A stretch of 64,000 nucleotides of DNA from the NCBI GenBank assembly GCA_964016885.1, contig OZ024764.1, forward strand, positions 1 to 64,000, given 5' to 3'. A program made the position numbers and the translations under genes. The notes below the pieces were generated by a model, which was given only the letters and a program-made list of their open reading frames with translations, ran no database searches and was not told the DNA's origin. Shown piece by piece: positions 28,501 to 44,462 of the stretch; within the stretch, counting starts at the first letter, position 1; every line of letters begins with the position of its first letter. The DNA is from Eledone cirrhosa. Taxonomy: Eukaryota.

Positions 28501-31500
28501 ACCTCCCCACTACACCCTCCCCACTCCACACACACCACCTCCCCACTACACCCTCACCACACCACCTCCCCACTACACCCTCCCCACTCCACACACACCA
28601 CCTCCCCACTACACCCTCACCACACCACCTCCCCACTACACCCTCCCCACTCCACACACACCACCTCCCCACTACACCCTCCCCACTCCACACACACCAC
28701 CTCCCCACTACACCCTCCCCACTCGACACACACCACCTCCCCACTACACCCTCCCCACTCGACACACACCACCTCCCCACTACACCCTCCCCACTCCACA
28801 CACACCACCTCCCCACTACACCCTCCCCACTCGACACACACCACCTCCCCACTACACCCTCCCCACTCCACACACACCACCTCCCCACTACACCCTCCCC
28901 ACTCCACACACACCACCTCCCCACTACACCCTCCCCACTCCACACACACCACCTCCCCACTACACCCTCCCCACTCCACACACACCACCTCCCCACTACA
29001 CCCTCCCCACTCGACACACACCACCTCCCCACTACACCCTCCCCACTCCACACACACCACCTCCCCACTACACCCTCCCCACTCCACACACACCACCTCC
29101 CCACTACACCCCTCCCCACTCCACACACACCACCTCCACACTACACCCTCCCACTCGACACACACCACCTCCCCACTACACCCTCCCCACTCCACACACA
29201 CCACCTCCCCACTACACCCTCCCCACTCCACACACACCACCTCCCCACTACACCCTCCCCACTCCACACACACCACCTCCCCACTACACCCTCCCCACTC
29301 CACACACACCACCTCCACACTACACCCTCCCCACTCGACACACACCACCTCCCCACTACACCCTCCCCACTCCACACACACCACCTCCCCACTACACCCT
29401 CCCCACTCCACACACACCACCTCCCCACTACACCCTCCCCACTCGACACACACCACCTCCCCACTACACCCTCCCCACTCCACACACACCACCTCCCCAC
29501 TACACCCTCCCCACTCCACACACACCACCTCCCCACTACACCCTCCCCACTCCACACACACCACCTCCCCACTACACCCTCCCCACTCGACACACACCAC
29601 CTCCCCACTACACCCTCCCCACTCCACACACACCACCTCCCCACTACACCCCCTCCCACACACCACCTCCACACTACACCCTCCCCACTCGACACACACC
29701 ACCTCCCCACTACACCCTCCCCACTCCACACACACCACCTCCCACACTACACCCTCCCCACTCGACACACACCACCTCCCCACTACACCCTCACCACTCG
29801 ACACACACCACCTCCCCACTACACCCTCCCCACTCGACACACACCACCTCCCCACTACACCCTCCCCACTCCACACACACCACCTCCCCACTACACCCTC
29901 CCCACACCACCTCCACACTACACCCTCCCCACTCGACACACACCACCTCCCCACTACACCCTCCCCACTCCACACACACCACCTCCACACTACACCCTCC
30001 CCACTCGACACACACCACCTCCCCACTACACCCTCCCCACTCCACACACACCACCTCCCCACTACACCCTCCCCACTCCACACACACCACCTCCCCACTA
30101 CACCCTCCCCACTCCACACACACCACCTCCCCACTACACCCTCCCCACACCACCTCCCCACTACACCCTCCCCACTCCACACACACCACCTCCCCACTAC
30201 ACCCCCTCACCCACACGACACACACCACCTCCCCACTACACCCTCCCCACTCCACACACACCACCTCCACACTACACCCTCCCCACTCGACACACACCAC
30301 CTCCCCACTACACCCTCACCACACGACACACACCACCTCCCCACTACACCCTCCCCACTCCACACACACCACCTCCCCACTACACCCTCACCCACTCGAC
30401 ACACACCACCTCCCCACTACACCCTCCCCACTCGACACACACCACCTCCCCACTACACCCTCCCCACTCCACACACACCACCCTCCCCACTACACCCTCC
30501 CCACTCCACACACACCACCTCCACACTACACCCTCCCCACTCCACACACACCACCTCCCCACTACACCCTCACCACACGACACACACCACCTCCCCACTA
30601 CACCCTCCCCACTCCACACACACCACCTCCCCACTACACCCTCCCCACTCCACACACACCACCTCCACACTACACCCTCCCCACTCCACACACACCACCT
30701 CCCCACTACACCCTCCCCACTCCACACACACCACCTCCACACTACACCCTCCCCACTCCACACACACCACCTCCCCACTACACCCTCACCACACGACACA
30801 CACCACCTCCCCACTACACCCTCCCCACTCCACACACACCACCTCCCCACTACACCCTCACCACACGACACACACCACCTCCCCACTACACCCCTCCCCA
30901 CTCCACACACACCACCTCCCCACTACACCCTCACCACACGACACACACCACCTCCCCACTACAACCCTCCCCACTCCACACACACCACCTCCCCACTACA
31001 CCCTCCCCACTCCACACACACCACCTCCACACTACACCCTCCCCACTCCACACACACCACCTCCCCACTACACCCTCACCACACGACACACACCACCTCC
31101 CCACTACACCCTCCCCACTCCACACACACCACCTCCACACTACACCCTCCCCACTCGACACACACCACCTCCCCACTACACCCTCACCACTCGACACACA
31201 CCACCTCACCACTACACCCTCCCCACTCCACACACACCACCTCCCCACTACACCCTCCCCACTCCACACACACCACCTCCACACTACACCCTCCCCACTC
31301 CACACACACCACCTCCCCACTACACCCTCACCACACGACACACACCACCTCCCCACTACACCCTCCCCACTCGACACACACCACCTCCCCACTACACCCT
31401 CCCCACACCACCTCCCCACTACACCCTCCCCACTCCACACACACCACCTCCACACTACACCCTCCCCACTCCACACACACCACCTCCCCACTACACCCTC

Positions 31501-34500
31501 ACCACACGACACACACCACCTCCCCACTACACCCTCCCCACTCGACACACACCACCTCCCCACTACACCCTCCCCACACCACTCCACACTACACCCTCCC
31601 ACTCCACACACACCACCTCCCCACTACACCCTCCCCACACCACCTCCCCACTACACCCTCCCCACTCGACACACACCACCTCCACACTACACCCTCCCCA
31701 CTCGACACACACCACCTCCCCACTACACCCTCACCACACGACACACACCACCTCCCCACTACACCCTCCCCACTCGACACACACCACCTCCCCACTACAC
31801 CCTCCCCACTCGACACACACCACCTCCCCACTACACCCTCCCCACTCGACACACACCACCTCCCCACTACACCCTCCCCACTCGACACACACCACCTCCC
31901 CACTACACCCTCCCCACTCGACACACACCACCTCCCCACTACACCCTCCCCACTCGACACACACCACCTCCCCACTACACCCTCCCCACTCCACACACAC
32001 CACCTCCCCACTACACCCTCCCCACTCGACACACACCACCTCCCCACTACACCCTCCCCACACCACCTCCCCACTACACCCTCCCCACTCCACACACACC
32101 ACCTCCCCACTACACCCTCCCACACCACCTCCCCACTACACCCTCCCCACTCGACACACACCACCTCCCCACTACACCCTCCCCACTCCACACACACCAC
32201 CTCCCCACTACACCCCTCCCCACTCGACACACACCACCTCCCCACTACACCCTCCCCACTCGACACACACCACCTCCCCACTACACCCTCCCCACTCGAC
32301 ACACCACCTCCCCACTACACCCTCCCCACTCGACACACACCACCTCCCCACTACACCCTCCCCACACCACCTCCCCACTACACCCTCCCCACTACACCCT
32401 CCCCACTACACACACACCACCTCCCCACTACACCCTCCCCACTCGACACACACCACCTCCCCACTACACCCTCCCCACTCGACACACACCACCTCCCCAC
32501 TACACCCTCCCCACTCGACACACACCACCCTCCCCACTACACCCTCCCCACTACACCCTCCCCACTACACCCTCCCCACTCCACACACACCACCTCCCCA
32601 CTACACCCTCCCCACTCCACACACACCACCTCCCCACTACACCCTCCCCACTCCACACACACCACCTCCCCACTACACCCTCCCCACTCCACACACACCA
32701 CCTCCCCACTACACCCTCCCCACTCCACACACACCACCTCCCCACTACACCCTCCCCACTCGACACACACCACCTCCCCACTACACCCTCCCCACTCCAC
32801 ACACACCACCTCCCCACTACACCCTCCCCACTCCACACACACCACCTCCCCACTACACCCTCCCCACTCGACACACACCACCTCCCCACTACACCCTCCC
32901 CACTCGACACACACCACCTCCCCACTACACCCTCCCCACTCGACACACACCACCTCCCCACTCCACACACACCACCTCCCCACTACACCCTCCCCACTCG
33001 ACACACACCACCTCCCCACTACACCCTCCCCACTCGACACACACCACCTCCCCACTACACCCTCCCCACTCCACACACACCACCTCCCCACTACACCCTC
33101 CCCACTCGACACACACCACCTCCCCACTACACCCTCCCCACTCGACACACACCACCTCCCCACTACACCCTCCCCACTACACCCTCACCACTCGACACAC
33201 ACCACCTCCCCACTACACCCTCACCACTCGACACACACCACCTCCCCACTACACCCTCCCCACTCCACACACACCACCTCCCCACTACACCCTCCCCACT
33301 CGACACACACCACCTCCCCACTACACCCTCCCCACTATACCCTCCCCACTCCACACACACCACCTCCCCACTACACCCTCCCCACTCGACACACACCACC
33401 TCCCCACTACACCCTCCCCACTACACCCTCACCACTCGACACACACCACCTCCCCACTACACCCTCCCCACTACACCCTCCCCACTCGACACACACCACC
33501 TCCCCACTACACCCTCCCCACTACACCCTCACCACTCGACACACACCACCTCCCCACTACACCCTCACCACTCGACACACACCACCTCCCCACTACACCC
33601 TCCCCACTCCACACACACCACCTCCCCACTACACCCTCCCCACTCGACACACACCACCTCCCCACTACACCCTCCCCACTACACCCTCCCCACTATACCC
33701 TCCCCACTCCACACACACCACCTCCCCACTACACCCTCCCCACTCGACACACACCACCTCCCCACTACACCCTCCCCACTACACCCTCACCACTCGACAC
33801 ACACCACCTCCCCACTACACCCTCCCCACTACACCCTCCCCACTCGACACACACCACCTCCCCACTACACCCTCCCCACTACACCCTCACCACTCGACAC
33901 ACACCACCTCCCCACTACACCCTCACCACTCGACACACACCACCTCCCCACTACACCCTCCCCACTCGACACACACCACCTCCCCACTACACCCTCCCCA
34001 CTCGACACACACCACCTCCCCACTACACCCTCCCCACTACACCCTCCCCACTATACCCTCCCCACTCCACACACACCACCTCCCCACTACACCCTCCCCA
34101 CTCGACACACACCACCTCCCCACTACACCCTCCCCACTACACCCTCCCCACTATACCCTCCCCACTCCACACACACCACCTCCCCACTACACCCTCCCCA
34201 CTCGACACACACCACCTCCCCACTACACCCTCCCCACTACACCCTCCCCACTATACCCTCCCCACTCCACACACACCACCTCCCCACTACACCCTCACCA
34301 CTCGACACACACCACCTCCCCACTACACCCTCCCCACTCCACACACACCACCTCCCCACTACACCCTCCCCACTCGACACACACCACCTCCCCACTACAC
34401 CCTCCCCACTACACCCTCCCCACTCGACACACACCACCTCCCCACTACACCCTCCCCACTACACCCTCCCCACTACACCCTCCCCACTCCACACACACCA

Positions 34501-37500
34501 CCTCCCCACTACACCCTCCCCACTCGACACACACCACCCTCCCCACTACACCCTCCCCACTCGACACACACCACCTCCCCACTACACCCTCCCCACTCGA
34601 CACACACCACCACCCCACTACACCCTCCCCACTCGACACACACCACCTCCCCACTACACCCTCCCCACTCGACACACACCACCTCCCCACTATACCCTCC
34701 CCACTCCACACACACCACCTCCCCACTACACCCTCCCCACTCGACACACACCACCACCCCACTACACCCTCCCCACTCGACACACACCACCTCCCCACTA
34801 TACCCTCCCCACTCCACACACACCACCTCCCCACTACACCCTCCCCACTCGACACACACCACCTCCCCACTACACCCTCCCCACTCGACACACACCACCT
34901 CCCCACTACACCCTCCCCACTCGACACACACCACCACCCCACTACACCCTCCCCACTCGACACACACCACCACCCCACTACACCCTCCCCACTCGACACA
35001 CACCACCTCCCCACTACACCCTCCCCACTCGACACACACCACCTCCCCACTATACCCTCCCCACTCGACACACACCACCTCCCCACTCGACACACACCAC
35101 CTCCCCACTACACCCTCACCACTCGACACACACCCCCCTCCCCACTACACCCTCCCCACTCGACACACACCACCTCCCCACTACACCCTCCCCACTCGAC
35201 ACACACCACCTCCCCACTACACCCTCCCCACTCGACACACACCACCACCCCACTACACCCTCCCCACTCGACACACACCACCTCCCCACTACACCCTCCC
35301 CACTCGACACACACCACCTCCCCACTACACCCTCCCCACTCGACACACACCACCTCCCCACTACACCCTCCCCACTCGACACACACCACCACCCCACTAC
35401 ACCCTCCCCACTCGACACACACCACCTCCCCACTACACCCTCCCCACTCGACACACACCACCTCCCCACTACACCCTCCCCACTCGACACACACCACCTC
35501 CCCACTACACCCTCCCCACTCCACACACACCACCTCCCCACTACACCCTCCCCACTCGACACACACCCCCTCCCCACTACACCCTCCCCACTCGACACAC
35601 ACCACCTCCCCACTACACCCTCCCCACTCGACACACACCACCTCCCCACTACACCCTCCCCACTCGACACACACCACCACCCCACTACACCCTCCCCACT
35701 CGACACACACCACCTCCCCACTACACCCTCCCCACTCGACACACACCACCTCCCCACTATACCCTCCCCACTCCACACACACCACCTCCCCACTACACCC
35801 TCCCCACTCGACACACACCACCTCCCCACTACACCCTCCCCACTCGACACACACCACCTCCCCACTACACCCTCCCCACTCGACACACACCACCACCCCA
35901 CTACACCCTCCCCACTCGACACACACCACCTCCCCACTACACCCTCCCCACTCGACACACACCACCTCCCCACTACACCCTCCCCACTCGACACACACCA
36001 CCTCCCCACTACACCCTCCCCACTCGACACACACCACCTCCCCACTATATCCTCCCCACTCCACACACACCACCTCCCCACTACACCCTCCCCACTCGAC
36101 ACACACCACCTCCCCACTACACCCTCCCCACTATACCCTCCCCACTCCACACACACCACCTCCCCACTACACCCTCACCACTCGACACACACCACCTCCC
36201 CACTACACCCTCCCCACTCGACACACACCACCTCCCCACTACACCCTCCCCACTACACCCTCCCCACTCGACACACACCACCTCCCCACTATACCCTCCC
36301 CACTCCACACACACCACACGACACACACCACCTCCCCACTATACCCTCCCCACTCCACACACACCACACGACACACACCACCTCCCCACTATACCCTCCC
36401 CACTCCACACACACCACCTCCCCACTACACCCTCCCCACTCGACACACACCACCTCCCCACTACACCCTCCCCACTCGACACACACCACCTCCCCACTAT
36501 ACCCTCCCCACTCCACACACACCACCTCCCCACTACACCCTCATCACTCGACACACACCACCTCCCCACTACACCCTCCCCACTCGACACACACCACCTC
36601 CCCACTATACCCTCCCCACTCGACACACACCACCTCCCCACTACACCCTCCCCACTCGACACACACCACCTCCCCACTACACCCTCCCCACTCCACACAC
36701 ACCACCTCCCCACTACACCCTCCCCACTACACCCTCCCCACCTCCCCACACACCACCTCCCCACTACACCCTCACCACTCGACACACACCACCTCCCCAC
36801 TACACCCTCCCCACTCGACACACACCACCTCCCCACTACACCCTCCCCACTCGACACACACCACCTCCCCACTACACCCTCCCCACTCACCACCTCCCCA
36901 CTACACCCTCCCCACTACACCCTCACCACTCGACACACACCACCTCCCCACTACACCCTCCCCACTCGACACACACCACCTCCCCACACCACCTCCCCAC
37001 ACCACCTCCCCACTACACCCTCCCCACTCGACACACACCACCTCCCCACACCACCTCCCCACACCACCTCCCCACTACACCCTCCCCACACGACACACAC
37101 CACCTCCCCACTACACCCTCACCACACGACACACACCACCTCCCCACTACACCCTCACCACTCGACACACACCACCTCCCCACTACACCCTCCCCACTAC
37201 ACCCTCACCACTCGACACACACCACCTCCCCACTACACCCTCCCCACTCAACACACACCACCTCCCCACACCCTCCCCACTCGACACACACCACCTCCCC
37301 ACACCACCTCCCCACTACACCCTCCCCACTCGACACACACCACCTCCCCACACCACCTCCCCACACCACCTCCCCACTACACCCTCCCCACACGACACAC
37401 ACCACCTCCCCACTACACCCTCACCACACGACACACACCACCTCCCCACTACACCCTCACCACTCGACACACACCACCTCCCCACTACACCCTCCCCACT

Positions 37501-38440
37501 ACACCCTCACCACTCGACACACACCACCTCCCCACTACACCCTCCCCACTCAACACACACCACCTCCCCACTACACCCTCACCACTCGACACACACCACC
37601 TCCCCACTACACCCTCCCCACTCGACAAACACCACCTCCCCACACCACCTCCCCACTACACCCTCCCCACACCACCTCCCCACTACACCCTCCCCACACC
37701 ACCTCCACACTACACCCTCCCCACACCACCTCCCCACTCAACACACACCACCTCCCCACTACACCCTCCCCACTCGACACACACCACCTCCCCACTACAC
37801 CCTCCCCACTCGACACACACCACCTCCCCACTACACCCTCCCCACACCACCTCCCCACTACACCCTCCCCACACCCCCTCCCCACTACACCCTCCCCACT
37901 CAACACACACCACCTCCCCACTACACCCTCACCACACGACACACACCACCTCCCCACTACACCCTCACCACTCGACACACACCACCTCCCCACTACACCC
38001 TCCCCACTACACCCTCCCCACTACACCCTCCCCACTCGACACACACCACCTCCCCACTACACCCTCACCACTCCACACACACCACCTCCCCACTACACCC
38101 TCACCACTCGACACACACCACCTCCCCACTACACCCTCCCCACTCGACACACACCACCTCCCCACTCGACACACACCACCTCCCCACTACACCCTCACCA
38201 CTCGACACACACAACCTCCCCACTACACCCTCACCACTCGACACACACAACCTCCCCACTACACCCTCCCCACACCACCTCCCCACTACACCCTCCCCAC
38301 TCGACACACACCACCTCCCCACTACACCCTCCCCACTCGACACACACCACCTCCCCACTACACCCTCCCCACTCGACACACACCACCTCCCCACTACACC
38401 CTCCCCACTCGACACACACCACATCCCCACTACACCACTA
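16595..38440 (+). repeat. 21.8-kb C-rich satellite filling intron 3
   Basis: mosaic of a 14-mer TCCCCACTACACCC, a 22-mer TCCCCACTCGACACACACCACC and a 13-mer TCCCCACACCACC (36- and 27-bp composite units). Confidence 0.98.
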
Positions 38441-38639
38441 CTACCCCCCATATTCTCACCCCCCCACACTTCAACCCCCCATCCCACACACACACCCACT
38501 ACCCCCCAAACCACCACCACCCTCACTACTACACCCCCACCCCTACCCCACTACACACCAGCCCCACCCCACCCCTACCATACCCACATCACACCCCCAT
38601 TCCACCACAATATCTCACACATCTCCCCCAATATTTCAG

Positions 38640-38736
38640 GTTATCACTTGTTGCCCTTCCATATCCCCAAGAACCAGTCCACCTTCAGCTATTGTGATAC
38701 CAGGCCAGAGGTGGATGGGAAAGCCATCTTTTCTAT
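38640..38736 (+). CDS. nrf-6: NRF-6-like exon 4
   Basis: atatttcag| acceptor, (S)YHLLPFHIPKNQSTFSYCDTRPEVDGKAIFS, AT|GTAAGT donor; phases 1/2 fit exons 3 and 5. Confidence 0.85.
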
Positions 38737-38871
38737 GTAAGTAAACCATTTGCTGATTTTAACCACCAAAAGCTGAAGCTAAAGCATTCATATATACAGT
38801 ATACACCACCCCAGCACACCCTCACGTATATCTCACACGAGGACAGGCTGTGGCCTGTGTCCAATGAAGTC

Positions 38872-40216
38872 ACCAGTCCACACTGTAAAGTGGTCATGTA
38901 GGTGTCATGACAAATAGTACCCAGTCCACACAGTAAAGTGGTCATGTAGGTGTCACAACAAAAAGTACCCAGTCCACACTGTAAAGTGGTCATGTAGGTG
39001 TCACAACAAAAAGTACCCAGTACACACTGTAAAGTGGTCATGTAGGTGTCACAACAAAAAGTACCCAGTCCACACAGTAAAGTGGTCATGTAGGTGTCAC
39101 AACAAAAAGTACCCAGTCCACACAGTAAAGTGGTCATGTAGGTGTCACAACAAAAAGTACCCAGTCCACACTGTAAAGTGGTCATGTAGGTGTCACAACA
39201 AATAGCACCCAGTCCACACTGTAAAGTGGTCATGAAGGTGTCACAACAAAAAGTACCCAGTCCACACTGTAAAGTGGTCATGTAGGTGTCATGACAAAAA
39301 AGCACTCAGTCCACACTGTAAATTGGTCATGTAGGTGCCACAACAAAAAGTACCCAGTCCACACTGTATAGTGGTCATGTAGGTGTCACAACAAAAAGTA
39401 CCCAGTCTACACTGTAAAGTGGTCATGCAGGTGTCACAACAAAAAGTACCCAGTCCACACTGTATAGTGGTTATGTAGGTGTCAACAAAAAGTACCCAGT
39501 CCTCACTGTAAGGTGGTCATGTAGGTGTCATGACAAAAAGTACCCAGTCCACACTGTAAAGTGGTCATGTAGGTGTCATGACAAATAGTATCCAGTCCAC
39601 ACTGTAAAGTGGTCATGTAGGTGTCACAACAAATAGTATCCAGTCCACACTGTAAAGTGGTCATGTAGGTGTCACAACAAATAGTATCCAGTCCACACTG
39701 TAAAGTGGTCATGCAGGTGTCACAACAAAAAGTACCCAGTCCACACTGTAAAGTGGTCATGTAGGTGTCACAACAAACAGTACCCAGTCCACACTGTAAA
39801 GTGGTCATGTAGTTGTCATGACAAAAAGCACCCAGTCCACACTGTAAAGTGGTCATGTAGGTGTCACAACAAAAAGTACCCAGTCCACACTGTAAAGTGG
39901 TCATGTAGGTGTCACAACAAAAAGTACCCAGGCCTCACTGTAAAGTGGTCATGCAGGTGTCACAACAAAAAGTACCCAGTCCACACTGTATAGTGGTTAT
40001 GTAGGTGTCAACAAAAAGTACCCAGTCCTCACTGTAAAGTGGTCATGTAGGTGTCATGACAAAAAGTACCCAGTCCACACTGTAAAGTGGTCATGTAGGT
40101 GTCACAACAAAAAGTACCCAGTCCACTCTGTAAAGTGGTCATGTAGGTGTCACAACAAAAAGTACCCAGTCCATACTGTAAAGTGGTCATGTAGGTGTCA
40201 CAACAAAAAGTACCCA
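38872..40216 (+). repeat. 48-bp tandem array derived from the RTE 5'UTR/SINE body
   Basis: unit cccagtccacactgtaaagtggtcatgtaggtgtcacaacaaaaagta, about 28 copies; resembles 10398-10426 and 56856-56913. Confidence 0.93.
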
Positions 40217-40232
40217 CCAAAGCCAACCATGA

Positions 40233-41588
40233 TATTATGAGGTAAAGCCTTTACAGTGAAAATACAATAGTATATATAGAGTAATATAAATGTTATGTGA
40301 GGTAAAGCCTTTACTGTGAAAATACAATAGTATATATAGAGTAATGTAAATGTTATGTGAGATATTATGTGAGGTAAAGCCTTTACTGTGAAAATACAAT
40401 AGTATATATAGAGTAATGTAAATGTTATGTGGGATATTATGTGAGGTAAAGCCTTTACTGTGAAAATACAATAGTATATATAGAGTAATGTAAATGTTAT
40501 GTGGGATATTATGTGAGGTAAAGCCTTTACTGTGACAATACAATAGTATATATAGAGTAATGTAAATGTTATGTGAGATATTATGTGAGGTAAAGCCTTT
40601 ACTGTGACAATACAATAGTATATATAGAGTAATGTAAATGTTATGTGAGATATTATGTGAGGTAAAGTCTTTACTGTGAAAATACAATAGTATATATAGA
40701 GTAATGTAAATGTTATGTGAGGTATTATGTGAGGTAAAGCCTTTACTGTGAAAATACAATAGTATATATAGAGTTATGTAAATGTTATGTGAGATATTAT
40801 GTGAGGTAAAGCCTTTACTGTGACAATACAATAGTATATATAGAGTAATGTAAATGTTATGTGAGATATTATGTGAGGTAAAGCCTTTACTGTGAAAATA
40901 CAATAGTATATATAGAGTAATGTAAATGTTATGTGAGATATTATGTGAGGTAAAGCCTTTACTGTGACAATACAATAGTATATATAGAGTAATGTAAATG
41001 TTATGTGGGATATTATGTGAGGTAAAGCCTTTACTGTGAAAATACAATAGTATATATAGAGTAATGTAAATGTTATGTGAGATATTATGTGAGGTAAAGC
41101 CTTTACTGTGAAAATACAATAGTATATATAGAGTAATGTAAATGTTATGTGGGATATTATGTGAGGTAAAGCCTTTACTGTGAAAATACAATAGTATATA
41201 TAGAGTAATGTAAATGTTATGTGAGATATTATGTGAGGTAAAGCCTTTACTGTGACAATACAATAGTATATATAGAGTAATGTAAATGTTATGTGGGATA
41301 TTATGTGAGGTAAAGCCTTTACTGTGAAAATACAATAGTATATATAGAGTAATGTAAATGTTATGTGAGATATTATGTGAGGTAAAGCCTTTACTGTGAA
41401 AATACAATAGTATATATAGAGTAATGTAAATGTTATGTGAGATATTATGTGAGGTAAAGCCTTTACTGTGAAAATACAATAGTATATATAGAGTAATGTA
41501 AATGTTATGTGAGATATTATGTGAGGTAAAGCCTTTACTGTGAAAATACAATAGTATATATAGAGTAATGTAAATGGTAAAGGGTTAA
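40233..41588 (+). repeat. 72-bp tandem array ending in AAAGGGTTAA
   Basis: about 18.5 copies; piggyBac-type GGG+TTAA terminus at 41579-41588. Confidence 0.93.
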
Positions 41589-41706
41589 AAGTATTCTAGA
41601 AACCCCGTAAGTCTATACGGTGCCTCTATGACTCCCTTAGTTACTCAAACACACAGAACCACCACCACCACAGCCAATAACATCCACCAACCCTCCTCTG
41701 TTCCAG

Positions 41707-41963
41707 AGTTTTCTGCTCTTTGTTCTTGGTACTGTTGCTGTCTGCGACAATCTACGATGTGGTCTGCCACCAGGGGGAGCCTTGCAGCCAAAAGCTGCCA
41801 ATCCACCATAACATGGAACATTCCGTTGGAGAAGACTCAGACAAGTTTGTTGATCCTGTCAACGAGGGAACCATCTCGGACCCCGATGGCACAGACATCT
41901 CCTGTCCTCCATCAAACGAGGACTTGGTCACTCTCAAACCTGTGCAACTCCAAAACAAAGCTG
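41707..41963 (+). CDS. nrf-6: NRF-6-like exon 5 (first TM helix + acidic loop)
   Basis: ctgttccag| acceptor, (I)VFCSLFLVLLLSATIYDV...LQNKA, G|GTGAGT donor. Confidence 0.88.
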
Positions 41964-41974
41964 GTGAGTTGCTC

Positions 41975-42264
41975 TTGTTACTGTTGTTGTTGTTACTGTT
42001 GTTGTTGCTGTTGTTACTGTTGGTGTTGTTGTTACTGTTGTTGTTGTTACTGTTGTTGTTGCTGTTGTTGTTACTGTTGTTGCTGTTGTTGTTACTGTTG
42101 TTGTTGGTGTTACTGTTGTTGTTGTTGTTGTTGTTGTTGTTACTGCTGTTGTTGTTACTGTTGTTGTTGTTGTTGTTACTGTTGTTGTTGTTACTGTTGT
42201 TGTTGTTACTGTTGTTGTTACTGTTGTTGTTACTGTTGTTGTTGTTACTGTTGTTGTTACTGTT
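41975..42264 (+). repeat. (GTT/ACT)n trinucleotide tract after the exon 5 donor
   Basis: read directly from sequence. Confidence 0.95.
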
Positions 42265-42285
42265 AATGTAAATATTATATGAAAT

Positions 42286-43022
<737 letters not shown>

Positions 43023-44166
43023 TTATGTGAGGTAAAGACTTTACTGTGAAAATACAATAGTATATATAGAGTAATGTAAATCTTATGTGAGATATTATGT
43101 GAGGTAAAGACTTTACTGTGAAAATACAATAATATATATAGAGTAATGTAAATGTTATGTGAGATATTATGTGAGGTAAAGCCTTTACTGTGAAAATACA
43201 ATAGTATATATAGAGTAATGTAAATGTTATGTGAGATATTATGTGAGGTAAAGCCTTTACTGTGAAAATATAATAGTATATATAAAGTAATGTAAATGTT
43301 ATGTGAGATATTATGTGAGGTAAAGCCTTTACTGTGAAAATACAATAGTATCATCATCATCATCATCATCATCATCATCGTTTAACGTCCGTGTTCCACG
43401 CTTGCATGGGTTTGGAGAGTAATGTAAATGTTATGTGAGATATTATGTGAGGTAAAGCCTTTTCTGTGAAAATACAATAGTATATATAGAGTAATGTAAA
43501 TGTTATGTGAGATATTATGTGAGGTAAAGCCTTTACTGTGAAAATACAATAGTATATATATAGAGTAATCTAAATGTTATGTGAGGTATTATGTGAGGTA
43601 AAGCCTTTACTGTGAAAATACAATAGTATATATAGAGTAATGTAAATGTTATGTGAGATATTATGTGAGGTAAAGCCTTTACTGTGAAAATACAATAGTA
43701 TATATATAGAGTAATGTAAATGTTATGTGAGATATTATGTGAGGTAAAGCCTTTACTGTGACAATACAATAGTATATATAGAGTAATGTAAATGTTATGT
43801 GAGATATTATGTGAGGTAAAGCCTTTACTGTGAAAATACAATAGTATATATAGAGTAATGTAAATGTTATGTGAGATATTATGTGAGGTAAAGCCTTTAC
43901 TGTGAAAATACAATAGTATATATAGAGTAATGTAAATGTTATGTGAGATATTATGTGAGGTAAAGTCTTTACTGTGAAAATACAATAGTATATATAGAGT
44001 AATGTAAATGTTATGTGAGATATTATGTGAGGTAAAGTCTTTACTGTGAAAATACAATAGTATATATAGAGTAATGTAAATGTTATGTGAGATATTATGT
44101 GAGGTAAAGACTTTACTGTGAAAATACAATAGTATATATAGAGTAATGTAAATGTTAAAGGGTTAA
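43023..44166 (+). repeat. 72-bp tandem array ending in AAAGGGTTAA, interrupted by an RTE/SINE 3' stub (43350-43415)
   Basis: same unit as 5834 and 40233 arrays. Confidence 0.93.
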
Positions 44167-44205
44167 GCTCCTAATATGACAAGGTCACCATATTGTTCCT
44201 TGCAG

Positions 44206-44373
44206 GTCTGGCTGGGAGAATCCTGTTGTGTTTCTCCGTCTATCGGAACAGTGCCAAGCTATTCAATACTACCCAGGCTGAAGGTAACTTAAGTAGCGTA
44301 CATGGTGTCCGCTTCCTCAGCATGTCTTGGGTCCTTCTTGGTCACGTCTATGCCTTCATGGCCATGTCAGCTC
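44206..44373 (+). CDS. nrf-6: NRF-6-like exon 6 (start of acyltransferase-3 domain)
   Basis: ccttgcag| acceptor, ILLCFSVYRNSAKLF...VHGVRFLSMSWVLLGH motif, C|GTAAGT donor. Confidence 0.93.
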
Positions 44374-44462
44374 GTAAGTAAAACCCTTTCTTCAGACCCT
44401 TTTCTTTTAACCATTCTCACATTCTGTAACCCTTTACATACCAAACCCCAAGGAGCTGTCAT

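Noticed and set aside
16523-38744. Two 7,400-aa Pro/His/Thr ORFs (mucin/extensin-like)
   Set aside because: The satellite has no stop triplets on this strand, so overlapping frames are open by composition. Unit indels shift between frames freely, and the region lies between canonical splice sites of the NRF-6-like gene.
41720-42271. Poly-Leu/poly-Cys ORFs and other YI/CV/TH-repeat ORFs throughout
   Set aside because: These are microsatellite read-through; the real exon 5 ends at the GTGAGT donor at 41964.
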